Counted from the first letter of the stretch, positions 37,482 through 51,572 are shown. The stretch: 64,000 nucleotides of DNA from Callorhinchus milii (GCF_018977255.1 NW_024704743.1:54934001-54998000); one strand, 5' to 3'. Notes: generated by a model from the letters alone, not told the origin. Numbers and translations are program-made.

Positions 37482-37860
37482 CAGCCTGGCTCAGTTGGCC
37501 TCTAAGTCAGAAGGTTGTGAGTTCAAGCCCCTCGTAGGGACTTAAAACCCATAAAGTCTATGGAGATACTCCAATGCAGTGCTGCATTTTCAGAGGTGAT
37601 GTCCTTTGGATGAGATGTTAAACCAAGGTCCCATCTCCTTGTTCAGGTAGACACTAAAGATCCCATGTCACTATTTGAAAAGAGAAGGGAATTTCTCCCA
37701 GTGCCTTGGCCAACAATCCCTCAAATACAATTGGAAACATGGTGGGACACTGTGCAAATTGGCTGTCGTGTTTGCCCACAAAACAGTCACATCACTTTAC
37801 AGTGTATTCTGTAAAGCACTTTCAGACATCTCGATGACATCATGATAAGTCGCTAAATAA
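37482..37860 (+). mobile_element. Deu-domain SINE (family C); its tail resumes at 38196-38225 after a nested family A SINE
   Basis: cagcctggctcagttgg..cagaaggttgtgagttcaagccc head, full body; tail split as gtcgctaaat | caaatgcaagg. Confidence 0.85.
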
Positions 37861-37868
37861 GTCACTTT

Positions 37869-38195
37869 GGAGTCCTGTAGCTCAGTGGTTAGAGCACTCG
37901 CTTTGCAAGCGAGAGACCTGAGTTCAATTCCAGGCAGGGCGAAACCTTGGGCAAGTTTCCTTACTCCACACGCCTAATAATAATCCCTCCAAAACCAAAA
38001 ACAATAATAAATTGGTTATTTTCAATCTACGACTGTTTGTGGGACATTGCTGTGCGCAATTGGCTGCCGCATTCGCCACAAATATACAGTCAATTCACTT
38101 TACAGTGTGTTCTGTGAAGCGCTTTGGGACGTCCTCCCGATGTGAAAAACGCTATATCAAATGCAAGGATTATTATTATTATCATTATTATTATT
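37869..38195 (+). mobile_element. Young tRNA-Ala SINE (family A)
   Basis: Near-consensus copy with (att)n tail. Confidence 0.95.
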
Positions 38196-40343
38196 AAATC
38201 AAATGCAAGGATTATTATTATAATAAAGCAGGCTTGCAATCTCCACAAGTGTCAGTGTCTATCCTACTACTGCACACTGTAACCAAGCCAGTACATTAAC
38301 ATAGGCAAAGCCTTAGCTTCTTTCATGAAATACATAACTGGTGATGATGAACAACTTTGCCTTTTTCTACAACACAATATTAAATCTACTATTAGTAATA
38401 TTTTCACCTCCAGTTAACTGGTTCCACAAATAATCTCCACTTCCTCCAAATTGAATCATCATTTCTACTTGGAGACCATAGCAACCGCTTTCAAGTTCAG
38501 ATGGGATGTTCTGAACAAACAGCAATTTCCACTTCTCCCACAAACACCATCACCAATTTCCCAATTCATTTGGTGTACATTGAGCGATTAAATTACCCGT
38601 TAGACATATTTGTGGATTTACAAATGAAATCTGCATGAGATTTTATCAGGTGATTATAACAGATTGATGGAAATCTCCTGCCTCACAAAGCCTCTGACAC
38701 AAGCAGCAGGAAGGGGGTGAGCATTTTTACTCTGGTATCTGACCTGAATGAAGAATGCCCCCTCCATCAATCAGTACAAGCATTGCACTCTAAGTTCACA
38801 TCACAATCTGAATGGAGTATAAATCTCCTCTGGGCAATGTTGAATAACTCAGGCTAGCAGCTGTAATACCTCACCTTAGAATGAAAGCTTCTGTTTCATG
38901 AAATCCCAACATCCTGGAAGGTTCACATAGTCCTAGATTGAACAATTAAACACCAGCAATTCAGCATTGATATAAAGATTGCATAAAGCAAATAAAAGTT
39001 TTCCAGCAGAATGCCAATAAGGGTTTTATAGAATCTACATTTGGAACTGGTAGACGAAGAGATACTTACATTAAAAATGCTGTAACATTTGTTTCAACAA
39101 ACAGGAGATTTCACCATTACTTTTTTTCTCCACGCAACCCATCAAGTGGGTTCACTTGACTTTAAAAAGTCATTTTTGGATCAGAGCAGAAACTTAAACG
39201 AACAGAAAAGAATCAATCCGAAACTATAAATTAGAAACGTTGTTTAGGAGCAAGAGCTCTGATTGTCAGTGATTCTGTTGATTCTGTTTAAAAGAAAGAT
39301 TTTGCTTTATAATACTGGATAGTTACTTTGCTGCATGATGGATATAATGTGGCTCTTTACTTTGTGCATTCTTTTTTTTAAGATGCTGCTGCTCACTATG
39401 TGTCCCAGCTGCTCAAGTTAAAACAACACCTCTTAGGTTCAGCACAAAGTTAAACAGGATACTCAGGAGCCCTTATGGGATTAGAAAAACTTCCATTCTG
39501 CTTCTCAATTGAAGCCTTCCTCCCAAGCCTGTTAATTATAATTAATGAAACCTGGAAATGTTTAGCGCCTTAGTTCTTTTAACCTCAATTTGAAGTCTAA
39601 ATTACAGGGAATGTTAAATGTCTAATTAAAAATAAGCAGCAAAGACACCAAAAGGCAGATGGTGTTTAAGGAACAAAGTAAAGTTAAGGCAGGAACACTC
39701 CACAGCTGGACTAATGCTTCATTTCCGAGGTTACACAACAGAACAGAAATGTTTAACAAGTTCTTTGTAAAGCTTTCTAAACCAATCCGTGAAATGACAA
39801 GAAACAGAATTAGGAGGAATGATTCATTGGAGGTAGAACATCCGAAGTTTCAACATTATGACAGCTGTGATAGTTTTGCTTCCTCAGTTTTTAAGCTGAA
39901 TGAAGGCAAATTAGTTTCTAATCCAAAATTGCTGGTAATTTTGTGTCTGAATGCACATCACTGCAACTTCTCTCCTGTAAAGTGGATGCTTGAAGACCAT
40001 CAAACCAAATACCCCAGTAATAGCCACCACTTCCAAATAACCTGAATAAAATCAACCCTTATACCACCTTCTGAGGCCATTCTCTTCTTTTTTCATTGAA
40101 TAGCTGAGTTCCAGGGCAATTTTAAGATGGCCAAAGAGGGGGCAAGGCAGAGGCATTTCTCAAAGGGGATATCTATCTTTACTTAATACTGAATTAGACT
40201 TTGAACTCTATTTGCTTTTAAACCTTTCCTGAATGAGAATTCCAGAGGCAACAGGTAGCAGAGATATTACAATAGTCAATTATGATATGATTATCAAATA
40301 TCATCAATTATTTACGTAAAGTGATATTATTTGTTGTCTTTAT

Positions 40344-40449
40344 CCAAGGGCTGAAATTCTGTTGGGCATTCAATGTAGTGACTTTGATGATGTGTGATAT
40401 AATGGCCAACGTCACCACAAGCATACAGCGAATGAGTTTCAGCCCTTGG
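40344..40449. mobile_element. Small MITE-like element, possibly PIF/Harbinger type
   Basis: Perfect 13-bp inverted termini ccaagggctgaaa / tttcagcccttgg, with weaker internal symmetry. Confidence 0.5.
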
Positions 40450-41094
40450 GTTGCATTATGTTATGGTACATATACCTGCATAGGTTGAGGCGTGAAATGT
40501 GATGTAAGATATTATATTTGTCACCAGCGATAATTATTACATCTTCCAAATTGCTGTCTGTAACAGTCTTAAATCATTGGCTAGTGTTGGGTTTGAACAC
40601 CAGGTTCTAGTGCCCTAGAATCTTTAACATCCACTTGCCTAGAATAGTCCAGGCCAGTGACTGTCAATTGTTGTTACCACACACAGAGTGTGGCCATGAG
40701 TGTCACTTCAAGGGGTACTGTCCTAACCCAAACGCTGATTGATGCCCAATATATTTCAAACAGTTTCTTTGAAAAACAGTCATTTGGAATATTATGGCCC
40801 ATCTCTTTATAATTCTAGTCACTCTAACAGTGGACATGTGCTTGTGTTCTATTCAAGGGCACTCAAACAAAGCGTGGTTGAGGCCAGTGCACTGAACCCA
40901 TTTAGAAAACGTGGTACTGTGATGGGAGGATGGTAGAGTGGGGTTCCTGGAGAGATGAAATTCTGATCTTGTGATCTATTTTGCCCTTGAGCTCTTTCAA
41001 CCCTCTTTAAATTTTCTCCAGGAAGCTGTATAGTTTCTACCGTCATCTTGGCAGATATAATGATCATTTTCATGGTTATTTTCAAGATGTGAAT

Positions 41095-42400
41095 TATTGC
41101 TCAACTCTTAGTCTGATGGTTGTGAGTTCAAAGTCCCACATTGGGACTTTGAACTCACAGTCTAGGCTGACACTAATGAGGTTCTAGAAACACACTGCAT
41201 TTTTGTCATAATAATAATAATCCTTACTCTAGTGGGTCATCCCATTGCACTTCACAGAATATACTGTAAAATGTAATGACTGTATGTTTTGTGGGTAAGA
41301 CAGCAGCCAATTTGCATGCAGCAATGTACCACAAACAGCCATGGAGTGAGTGACCACTTTTTTGTTTGGGGGATTGTTGGCCAGGACGCTGGGAGAATCT
41401 CCCTTCTCTTTTCAAATAGTGCCCTAGAATCTTTAACATCCACTTGAATATGCAGACGGCGCCTCGGTTTAATGTCTCATCCAAAGGACAACACCTCTGA
41501 CAATGGAGCACTCACTCAGCACTACCTTATAATGTCAGGTTAGACTATGTGAGTCCAAGTCCCGACATGGGGCTTGAACCCACAAACTTCTGACTCAGAG
41601 GAGAGAGTGCAACCAACTGAGCCAGATGAATTGTTGTCCTTTGGATGAAATGGAAAACCAAAGTCCCATCTGTCTGTTCAGGTGGATGTTAAAGATCCCA
41701 TGGCATTACAGTTAATTCCTGATATATAATCACTCCAAGGGAAAAGCCCGGATATTGACAGTGATAAGCCAGAAGATGATATAAACTAATGTTTTATTAT
41801 CAGGAATTCAATGTATTTGAAAAGAGAAGGGAGTTTCTCCTGGTGTCCTGGCCAACAATCCCCCATATAATAATTGGCTATTCACTTACTTCTTGGCTGT
41901 TTGTGAGACATTGCTGTCTGCAAATTGGCTGCCACATTCTCCTACAAAATACAGTCTTGACAGTAAATCTTGCAAAACATTTTGATGATGTGATAAGGCA
42001 CTATATTATTTGCAAAAATTATTTGCAGCCAGAGGAAAAGCTCTACAGCCATTTTGCTGGGAAGATCCCACAAACAGTCATGAGGTGAATAATCAATTAA
42101 TCTAGAGGTGTCTGACACATGGGGGAACCTATCACCATACTTAAGAATATCCAAACCAAATTGAGAATTTTAGAGGATTGTTAACCAGAACACCAGGAAA
42201 AGCTCCTTTACCTTTTCTAATATTACAGGCAGATAGGAACTTGGTTTAAAAGTTCACATGAAAGACCGCACATCTGATAGTGCAGCACTTTGCCTATACT
42301 GCACTGAAGACTGAAAACAGAAGATTAAATCCCAACATAGGGCTTGAACCCACACCTATCTGACACAGAAGGAAAACATGCTACCAGCTGAGCTAAGCTC
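41095..42400. mobile_element. Cluster of family C SINEs (+ ~41095-41175; - ~41208-41625; + ~41630-42020; - ~42105-42400)
   Basis: Family C head, centre and tail blocks in alternating orientation. Confidence 0.8.
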
Positions 42401-43228
42401 AGTGCTTCAGAAATGGTCCTTTTTGAACTGTTCTCATGTATCCTACATATTAATGCCACTTTAGTACCATAAACACAAAGCATATTGGAATCAAAGATCC
42501 ATAATACGGGTATCCTTAACACAGGAGAAAAACACATTGACCACAGAGAGAACCAATAGATTTACATGAAAACCACTTGAAAGAGAATCTGAATTCCAGA
42601 TCAAACTTGCTCTATTCAGGCTGCACCTTTAATCAAATGCAAGCATTTACTGAGATTCAGATCATAATAAATGCTTAAGGACTGAAAAAAGTAGTTTTTT
42701 AATGAAATTCATTAAAGAGATAGCATCTTTTTTTTAGGTCGCAATGCCAGATTAAGAAACGTACCAGTTTTCTTCCAAGATAAATACAGTGCTTTCTAAT
42801 ACCAACTTTGGCACCCATTGGTCTAGTGTACCTAGTTTGTAAAAAGATACCACCTACTACCAACAACAAATTGCATTTATACAGCACCCCTCAAACAGGT
42901 GGTAGCGTCCCAGAGCACTTAAATGTCATGCTAACAAAGCGAAAGATACCCACAAAAGGTTAATGCTTTTTGTTTCATTTGAAACTATTGAAAGCAATTA
43001 TTTTTCGCAATAATTTGTTCCTATTTTGCTACTTCAATTCTACTAAGAAACTGACTAGTGACATTTAAATCCAGGCCTAGTTATCCTTGGAAAGCCATAC
43101 ACACTGTGGTCAGCAAACTGGCAGATTTTGTTCACCTAATAAATGTTTAATCAAGTCTAGATATTTCCGTGCCAAAAGCTATGAAAGGGACTATTGTTGA
43201 CGCCTACCTAAGATCTTAATCTTAGGTA

Positions 43229-43545
43229 GGAGTCCTGTAGCTCAGTGGTTAGAGCACTCGCTTTGCAAGCGAGAGACCTGAGTTCAATTCCAGGCAGGGC
43301 AAAACCTTGGGCAAGTTTCCTTACTCCACACGCCTAATAGTAATCCCTCCAAAAACAATAATAAATTGGTCATTTTCAATCTACGACTGTTTGTGGGACA
43401 TTGCTGTGCGCAATTGGCTGCCGCGTTCTCCCACAAATATACAGTCAATTCACTTTACAGTGTGTTCTGTGAAGCACATTGGGACGTCCTCCCGACGTGA
43501 AAAGCGCTATATCAAATGCAAGGATTATTATTATTGTTGTTATTA
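43229..43545 (+). mobile_element. Young tRNA-Ala SINE (family A)
   Basis: Near-consensus copy. Confidence 0.95.
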
Positions 43546-45134
43546 ATGGGGATTGTTCTAAACCATTGCAACTGTTACCTAAACCAGAAATCATTACCAC
43601 TTACTTTGCATGATGGAGATGGAAAACAATTCTGACCCTGCTAACCAGGGGTACATATCTGGCCCCATTGTCAGCGCTTGCCAAAGCACTGGGGGCTAAA
43701 TGTAAACAGTGAGGCTGTCTGAGCTTAGGGAGTGTAGCATTCCAGAAGTTGGCTTAACTGCAAAAAAAAATCTGAAATTCTTTCATGTTTAAGTGTAAAA
43801 CTGTGTTATGGTATTGAGATCCATAAGAATTTCCTGTTGTGCTGCTTGATGGTTATTCTTGTGATAAACTATCCAGCCAATTGTTTTGGGAAATTTCCAT
43901 AGTTAATATGACTGGATTGTGAAAAGCAAACAGAATCTTCAACATTATCTATTCCACTGAACTACAATTTTAAATATCACAATTCTCTATTTTGAGGACT
44001 TCAGCGTCACTGAAACACAATCAATTAGTTTTCAGTGACATTGTCCTTCCTCCCTATTCCCCAGAAGATTGAACTTAAGAAAATTATCCTCACTTTTAAG
44101 GCCCACCATGGTCTTTCCCTCCATACCTCTGCGACCTTACCAACCTGCCCACTCTCTCTGTAAAGCGGGCACTGGCCTGTTCCATGTCCACAACATTTAA
44201 ATGCTCAAAAGGTGGTGCTTGGGTGTCTCATTATATTATGTGGTTAAATTGGATCTTAGCCACTTGGGCAACAATTATTGGTAACTGTGATCAACTTGCA
44301 AGGGAAAATAAAAATGTGCTGTAATTTGCTTCAAGTCAAATTACCTCACAAAATACATTGCACAAAATACATTTACATTGCAAATTCCAACCCAGTAGGT
44401 TTAAGCTTAGATGGAGTTCTCAGGACAAATAATTAGCTGAAATAATAGTCTGAAACTTAAGTTAATTACAGCATTAAATCGAGCCACAAACAGAATAATC
44501 TGCTGATTCAAATAATTGGATGGCAAATAATCAGACATGTAGTGCCCCGAGAAATTAAATGGTACCTTATGTTAGAAAGCCTTTGAGACTATTTTTGAGT
44601 TATGAAGTCGTTAATTATAAGGCAGTATCTGAAAAGGAGAGATATAAAAGGGTATGGGAAAAGCCAGGAGACTGGGACTAAACAGGAGAATGGGACCTAA
44701 TGGTACTCTTTCAGACAGCAGCCAGGTATCATTGCTGAATGATTTCCTTCTGTGCTGTAAATTTCTATGCTTCTTTGTTGGTGCTGTATTACTGCCTACT
44801 AGGGTGCAAAGTGAAGACCTTCCTCTTCAACTCTGCCTACAGTCACTATCTCAATGTCAAGCTCTGCCACTGTTAAGTGCTTTGAGATGCTACCCCCACC
44901 ACCACCGCACCCTTGCCCCCTTCCCTGCTCCCCTGCCGCCCGTCCCCGCCCCATGTAAAGTGTGCTACATAAATGCAAGCTCTTATTGTTGAGTGAACTT
45001 ATTGTTGAGCTAACTTTTTTGTACCTTCCAATTTTCCAGGATTAGCAGGAGCTGAGCAAGAAGACTCCTGCCCCCAATGCCTGGTCTGCTCCTCCAAGCC
45101 CTACCAGCAAACTGTGTGCTGTGATCAGCAGTGT

Positions 45135-45442
45135 CTGTAGCTCAGTGGTTAGAGCACTCGCTTTGCAAGTGAGAGACCTGAGTTCAATTCCAAGCAGTGC
45201 GAAATCTTGGGCAAGTTTCCTTACTCCACACGCCTAATAATAATCCCTCCAAAAAAACAAAACAATAATAAATTGGTCATTTTCAATCCACGACTGTTTG
45301 TGGGACATTGCTGTGCGCAATTGGATGCCGCGTTCGCCCACAAATATACAGTCAATGCACTTTACAGTATATTCTGTGAAGAGCTTTGGGAAGTGAAGAT
45401 GTGAAAAGCGCTATATCAAATGCAAGGATTATTATTATTATT
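45135..45442 (+). mobile_element. tRNA-Ala SINE (A/A') nested in a family D repeat
   Basis: Slightly 5'-truncated; reverse-strand family D sequence on both sides. Confidence 0.9.
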
Positions 45443-48399
45443 GCAGTCTGCCTGGTTCAGGAACAGGATTATTGAGACCTCTGGGGTAATGTCTCAGAGA
45501 CCTTTACAAGGATGAGGGAGGAGAAGAAAAAGAGCCCTCCATGCTCCTTGAGAGGTAGGTTTTGAGGTGGCATTTAAAAACAGAAAGAGAGGGTGAGAGA
45601 AGGAATTGTAGCGAGAGAGAGTTCCAGAGATTAAGGCATAGAAACTGAAAGCTCAGCCAACGATGGCAGCATGGAGAGGGCAGTGGGTGCTCATAAGCCC
45701 ATGTTAGCTGAGTAGGGGAGTGGGGTAGGGGGCTGAAAGAGCAGTAGGAAGAAGAAAAATGGAGAGTGAAGGGATGCCAAAGAGTTGACAGATTTGTAGG
45801 TAACTTTCAGTATTTGGCTCCTTTAATTTCTGGCCCATAAAGCATGTAATGCACCCACATTTACTTTGCCACCAAATGTATTATTTTGTTTGTGAGATGC
45901 AGCCACAGTAGTTGGCTCAACATTGTTTGTATTGGATGAATCGAGTACCACATGTTAACTGGTGTCAATGGAGGCCAAAGCTGCCATTCTTTTGTATTGC
46001 AAAACGAATGACTGAAAACATGCCACGGAGTTCAAAGCCCTCCCATTCTATCTATTTCTGAAATAATCTGAAAATAATTAACGATGAAGTGGCTCCTGTC
46101 CAATATTTCTTAAAAAAAGTCATTCTGTGGTTTTGTGTTGGAACTCAGCCACCTGTATTTTGAGAAGGCTGTTTTTTGCTGTTCCGCCTGAACTGTTAGT
46201 CCTGCTGTTACCTCTCCTCAGGATGCACCTGCTCTTGCATTCTCTGAATTCAGTTAAAATCAAAACCACCTGTGAGTCAGCAGAAAGGAAAGACTATCTC
46301 TAATTCTCCTCGGTCCATTTTCACCATTTTTACCCTGGCTCATACAAAAGGACTCCCATTGCCAGCACAGTTCAATGGATTGTCAATGTATCCTCTTTGA
46401 GGATCTTAGGCCCCTTGACAGGTTCCAAAGCAAAAAAAAACATGTTTTTGAAATGTTGAACATAATTTACAATAAACCCTGATGATGAACTGACAGTACC
46501 CTGAGAGCTCTTTTTTCATGTTGCAAAAGAAGCAAAAATAGAGGGAGATGAAGAATTTGTTTGGGCAAAGGCATGAAATGCAGATAATGCATTGAATCAG
46601 GCTGGCCATGATGACAGTATGGAATCAGATCCATGTGAGGAATGTGAACTGGAGAAGGTGGCACTATTATTAGTGGCAGTTGAATCAGTGGACAATTACA
46701 ATAACATTTTAGAGTTCTTGATGATGATGAATGAGTCCATCCCAAAAGCTGGTTGTCACATATAATGGTTTTAAGATGCTGTAAGCTCTGTTGGAAGGTG
46801 ATTATGAGCATGAACATAAGCTCCATCTTCTTAAACACTTATGTACAGTAGACTGGAGAAACAAAAAACAGTGGCAAAAACTAGGTCTGCTGGACTGCAA
46901 CAAACTGCTAAATGAATTGCTAATTCCTCATTACACTTCACAGCAACCCATGGCACTGCAAGTTAGGCAGCTCAAACTTTTACTCCTCCTCCTTCATAAA
47001 CTAAATCTGAAATCCTAATGGAAAAATCAATAAGGGACACATGCTTTCAATCACTTTGTTTTATTTGGCAACTCATAATCATCCCATTCCCCTCTTATTG
47101 AGATTAACAATTGTCAACGAGCATACTCATACAAGCCTAGAGTTAAAAACAGGAATACAGTTACGAATAATTTTGCTTATAAATTGGTTAATAAAATAAG
47201 ATTTCTTAGTTTTGTCAGATATCAGTGTTCTTCTTTATCACCAAGAGACAATCAAACTCATAAATAACGGATACGGCTCTCATAAGCCAAGAGGCCTTTT
47301 TGTTTCAAAACAACAGCCAACCTACAGTATTTCGATTGAGTAGTTTGAATGTTGTCATTTTATTTTAATGCTACAATCCAATCTTTTGGATAAATTCCCA
47401 AGAAAAGTCAATGGAAGCAAATGAAAAATGTTAAGCAGTGGTATTTATTAAAATGTTTTTGTTTCACGATTGCAAAATATAGTTGTGAAACTGAGGTTAC
47501 CTTTTTGCACTCAATATTGTTTAAGAGAAATTGTTTTATCACAGATGTTGCATCCCTATTAGAAAGATGATTTATTTCTATTCCTATCCAAAAGTTTTCC
47601 ATGGGTTACATAAGTGAAAGAGGAAAACTCCAGTCTAAGAGGACAGATATTGCCCCTTCTGTCCTTCAAACCAATTCATGCTGGAGGAGGTCAGTTACTT
47701 GTTGTGCATGTCAGATGTTTAATGACAAACTAGTGACTATTCTCCGCAGGATGGGGGTGAGCTGGGATGGAGCAGCTGTGTATGGGGTGGGCTTTCAAAA
47801 ATATAGGTCTAGAGAGTAGGTTTTGAAGGTGGAGGGGGGAGGAGGGAACAAGATGGAGAGACTCTGGGTTGAGTTTGCAGTAAGGATGTCAGCTCACCCA
47901 CCAATGAGGGAGGTGGATTGGATGGGGGAGACTTTTACTAAAGTGAAAGACCTTTTTGATTCTGTTTTCCATGTTCACATAACATGCTTAGAATATGACA
48001 ACGATGTGCAATGTGGTTAATTGGATTCATTATTCAGTTGCAATGAAATTAATATACAAAACTATATTTATTATAGACTAAACAATCTTTTCGTCTTATA
48101 TGTTGCTTGATTTATTTCAAATTTTCTTTATTTGAAAAATGCCAAATGGCTGAATGATAGTTGTTAAAATTTGAAGTAAATCTGTAATATTCTTCCACTT
48201 TTGGTGCCCTTCTTTTCGAGGAAGTCCGTGAATATATCCATGTGGTAGATTAATAATGCAATGCTGCAATAAATTTATGATCTGTATAATGCAAAATGCT
48301 GAAGTTTATTTCTATTATTTGTACTTCAGGCATGAATCCAAAAAAGATCTTTAGACAAATGTATTATTACTGAAATGTCTTGTACATTTTGATGATGCA

Positions 48400-48578
48400 C
48401 TATAGCACATCCGGACAATATAAACAGTGTTACATTGCACAGCTATATAGTGCAAACAGTGATACCATAGAACATCTGTATCAGACAACAGTAATACCAC
48501 AACACATCTGTATAGTATAAACAGTGATACTAAACCACATCTGAGTAGTGCAAACAGTATTACTGCAGCAGCACATTT
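48400..48578 (+). repeat. Degenerate ~33-bp minisatellite, about 5 units
   Basis: Units like tagtgcaaacagtgataccatagaacatctgta / tagtataaacagtgatactaaaccacatctgag. Confidence 0.75.
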
Positions 48579-49698
48579 GTTCATGGTTCAAGTCCTACGT
48601 TACAAACTGCCAGCACTATATTTTCGCAAATGGTTTGTCTTCTCGCACCGCCCGGTCACTTGCAGAGGTACCCCACGGCTCCATCCTTGGCCCCCTTCTC
48701 TTCTCCATCTACATGCTCCCTCTTGGTGATGTCATCCGCAAACACAGGGTTAACTTCCACATGTACGCGGAAGACACTCAACTCTACTTCTCCACCAGCT
48801 GCGACCCTTAGTCCTCTGATGTATTGTCAGCTTGTCTGATAGACATCAAGGCCTGGATGAGTGCAAACTTCTTGCAGTTAAATGTCAACAAGATGGAAGC
48901 CATACTCTTTGACTCCCGTCCACATCTTCTGTCCTGCGGTTCAGACCTCCTCAACCTATCCGATCTGTTCTTAAAACTCTCTGAACCTGTACGCAACTTA
49001 AGCGTCAGGTTCAATCCCCAGTTATCCTTCCTTCCGCACATCCAGTCCCTGACCAGCATCGCTTTCCTCCACCTCCTCCACAGTGCCTGTCTCCGACAAT
49101 ACATCAGTTACATCACTCCACAAGCTGCCGAAACGCTTGTCCATGCCTTTGTCACCTCTTAGCTGGACTACTCTAATGCCCTCCTCGATGGTCTCCCCTC
49201 CTCCACTATTCAGAAAATTCAACTCATCAAAAGTCCACTGCCCGCATTCTCACCTGCACTAAACTTCGCACTTCGATTACTCCAGTCCTTGACAAACTCC
49301 ATTGGCTCCCTGTCACAGAACGGATTGACTTCAAGATCCTCACTCTAGTATTTAAATCCCTCCATGCCTTGGCACCCCTCTATCTCTCCAACCTCCTCTT
49401 CCCCCACAGCACTACCTGCTGCCTCCACTTTACTGGCTCTGGCTTCCTCCCTTGTCCCTCGAATCTTCCGGTCCACCATCAGCTGCCGTGCCTTCAGCCA
49501 CTACGTCCCTTCACTTTTCCCCTTCTTTCCCCATTTTTAGGTTGCGCCTGAAGACCTTCCCCTTCGACCGTGCCTTTGGTCACCTTTCCCTTTCCCATGG
49601 CTCGGCATCGGGCTTTGTCATTGTTAAGCGTTCCCGGACGCAGCCTGGCATGGAGGGCACTATATAAATGCAAGCTGCTGCTATTGTTGTTGTTGTTC
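48575..49698 (+). mobile_element. L2 LINE, RT core to 3' end, disrupted
   Basis: VPHGSILGPLLFSIYMLPLG, FHMYAEDTQLY, CLIDIKAWMSANFLQLN, ETLVHAFVTS; tail tataaatgcaag..(tgt)n. Confidence 0.95.
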
Positions 49699-49764
49699 TA
49701 TACAAACAATTATCCCATAATGCTGCTGTATAGTAAAAACAGTGATCAAATAGCATAAAATAGA

Positions 49765-50190
49765 TTGGCTCAGTTGGTAGCAATCTCACCTCTGAGTCAA
49801 AAGGTTGTGGGTTCAAGTCCCACGTGTGGACTTGGAACTCATCATTGGAGGTGTCTTTCTTTGGATGAGATGTTAAACTGAGCCCCCATCTGCCTGTTCA
49901 GGAGGATGTTAAAGATCCCATGGCACTATTCAAAAAACAAAGAGTTTTCCCCGGTGTTCTAGCCAACAATTCCTTCTTCTCGCTCCCTCCTTTGCATCCT
50001 TCAAGACATGTCTCAAGACCTTCCTCATTGACTGTGCCTTCGGCCACTCTCCTACCCTTCCTGCCCGCCACCCTCCCTTACCCCAATCCCCACCCCCAGC
50101 TCAGGTCCAAATCCCTGATTGTCCAGCGCCTTGGGATATCCTCTCGACATGAAAGGCACTATACAAATGCAATTTTGTACTGCATTGTGT
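49765..50190 (+). mobile_element. Family C SINE 5' part (49765-49970) joined to an L2 3' end (49970-50190)
   Basis: ttggctcagttggtagc head; then aagaccttcctc..gtccagcgccttgggatatcctctcgacatgaaaggc. Confidence 0.8.
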
Positions 50191-50794
50191 TTCGTCCAGG
50201 ATGATATATGGCTATTCATTTTAGAAGCAGGTGGGTCAAGCCATAAATGGGATTTTACTCTGCTTTCAAAATACCTCCTCTCCCATTTATTGCACTCTCT
50301 GTTCTCAGTAAGAAACTCTTATGGTCCTTCTTTCTTATTAGTTACATTAACACCAATTCAGGTTGAAAGAGCTTTTGTGACACAGGTTCTGACAAGGCAT
50401 TGGAATTGTGTCCTCATTAACAAAATTTATGAACACACCAGCTGGTTACTGATCCCTACGGTTCTGTTAACCTTTTGAAGTGCCTTGGCCACTATTGAAG
50501 TAATAATACCATAAAAAGTTACTGTTCAAACAGCATTTTTCACACCTTTATGATAGAAATAATCTTCAGCACCTGTTGTTACCCTTTCCAGACCATCCTT
50601 ACATATAGCTGTTTCCATTTGTGCATTCATTCCAGTGCTTAAAACATCAACCTTTTAAGTTGTTAAGTTTGGAGTTGGGAGTTTTAGATCCCCAAATCAA
50701 GATGTGTTGGTCAAACGTTCTGTGAACCATACTCTATCCCTTTTGATGTACACCTCCAGATTCCTATTTCTTTTCTTTGCTGCTTTCCACTTTA

Positions 50795-51572
50795 ATAAAA
50801 ATCCTTACATATGGTATAACACCTTTCATGTCAGGAGGACATCTTAAAACGCTTCACAGGATATACTGTAAATTGGAGTGACTGTGTGTTTTGTGAGAGA
50901 ACGCAGCCAATTCTGCACACAGAAATGTCTTGCAAACAGCTATGAAATGAATGACTAATTTTATTTGGGATATTGGTGGCCAAGACACTGCAAGAAACTC
51001 CCTTCCTTTTTTGAATAGTGGGTGAAATAGTGAATAAATAGGGATCTTTAACATCCACTTGAATAGGACATCACAAGGCCCACAACCTTCTGACTCAGAG
51101 GCAAAAGTGCTATCAACTGAGCCTAACTCACAAATTTGATCTATTATATGGTTAAAACATTAGGAAATAAACTGCAAATAATAATCCTTTCATTTGAATA
51201 TTGCTTGTTGCACATCAGAGGATGTCTCAAAGTGTATTGAAGGATATACTGTTAAGTATAGTGACTGCATATTTTGTAAGCGAATGCAGCAACCAATGTC
51301 CACACAGTACAAACAGCCATGCAGTGAATTTTATTTGGGGATTGTTGCCAGGTCACTGGGAGAAATTCACTTTTCTTTTCGAATCGTCGGATTTTTAACA
51401 TACCCTGTACAGGCAGATGGGACATTAATTATTGTTCTATCTGAAGCATGGAACATCCCACAAATCACCATACCTCTACCACTACATTGAAGTGTCAGCC
51501 TACGTAAGTTCAAAGTCCTGATCCACTGCCTCCAGACTCATGAGAATGCTATCAATTGAGCCAGGCTGACAC
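50795..51572 (-). mobile_element. Two family C SINEs (~50795-51130 and ~51178-51572)
   Basis: Each ends in the rc head ..ctatcaa(c/t)tgagcc and carries the Deu centre and tail. Confidence 0.75.

Larger units (their letters stand above)
37081..38427. mobile_element. Ancient DNA transposon/MITE with ~180-bp terminal inverted repeats, holding two nested SINEs
   Basis: 37081-37255 matches rc of 38245-38427 (aaaaggcaaagttgtt, aagctaaggctttgc, agtaggat in order). Confidence 0.75.

Noticed and set aside
46560..46650. VHIPHMD..MHYLHFM resembling FRAS1 VQIPHQD..LHNLHFL
   Set aside because: Low identity, wrong spacing, and inconsistent order relative to the other weak candidate.
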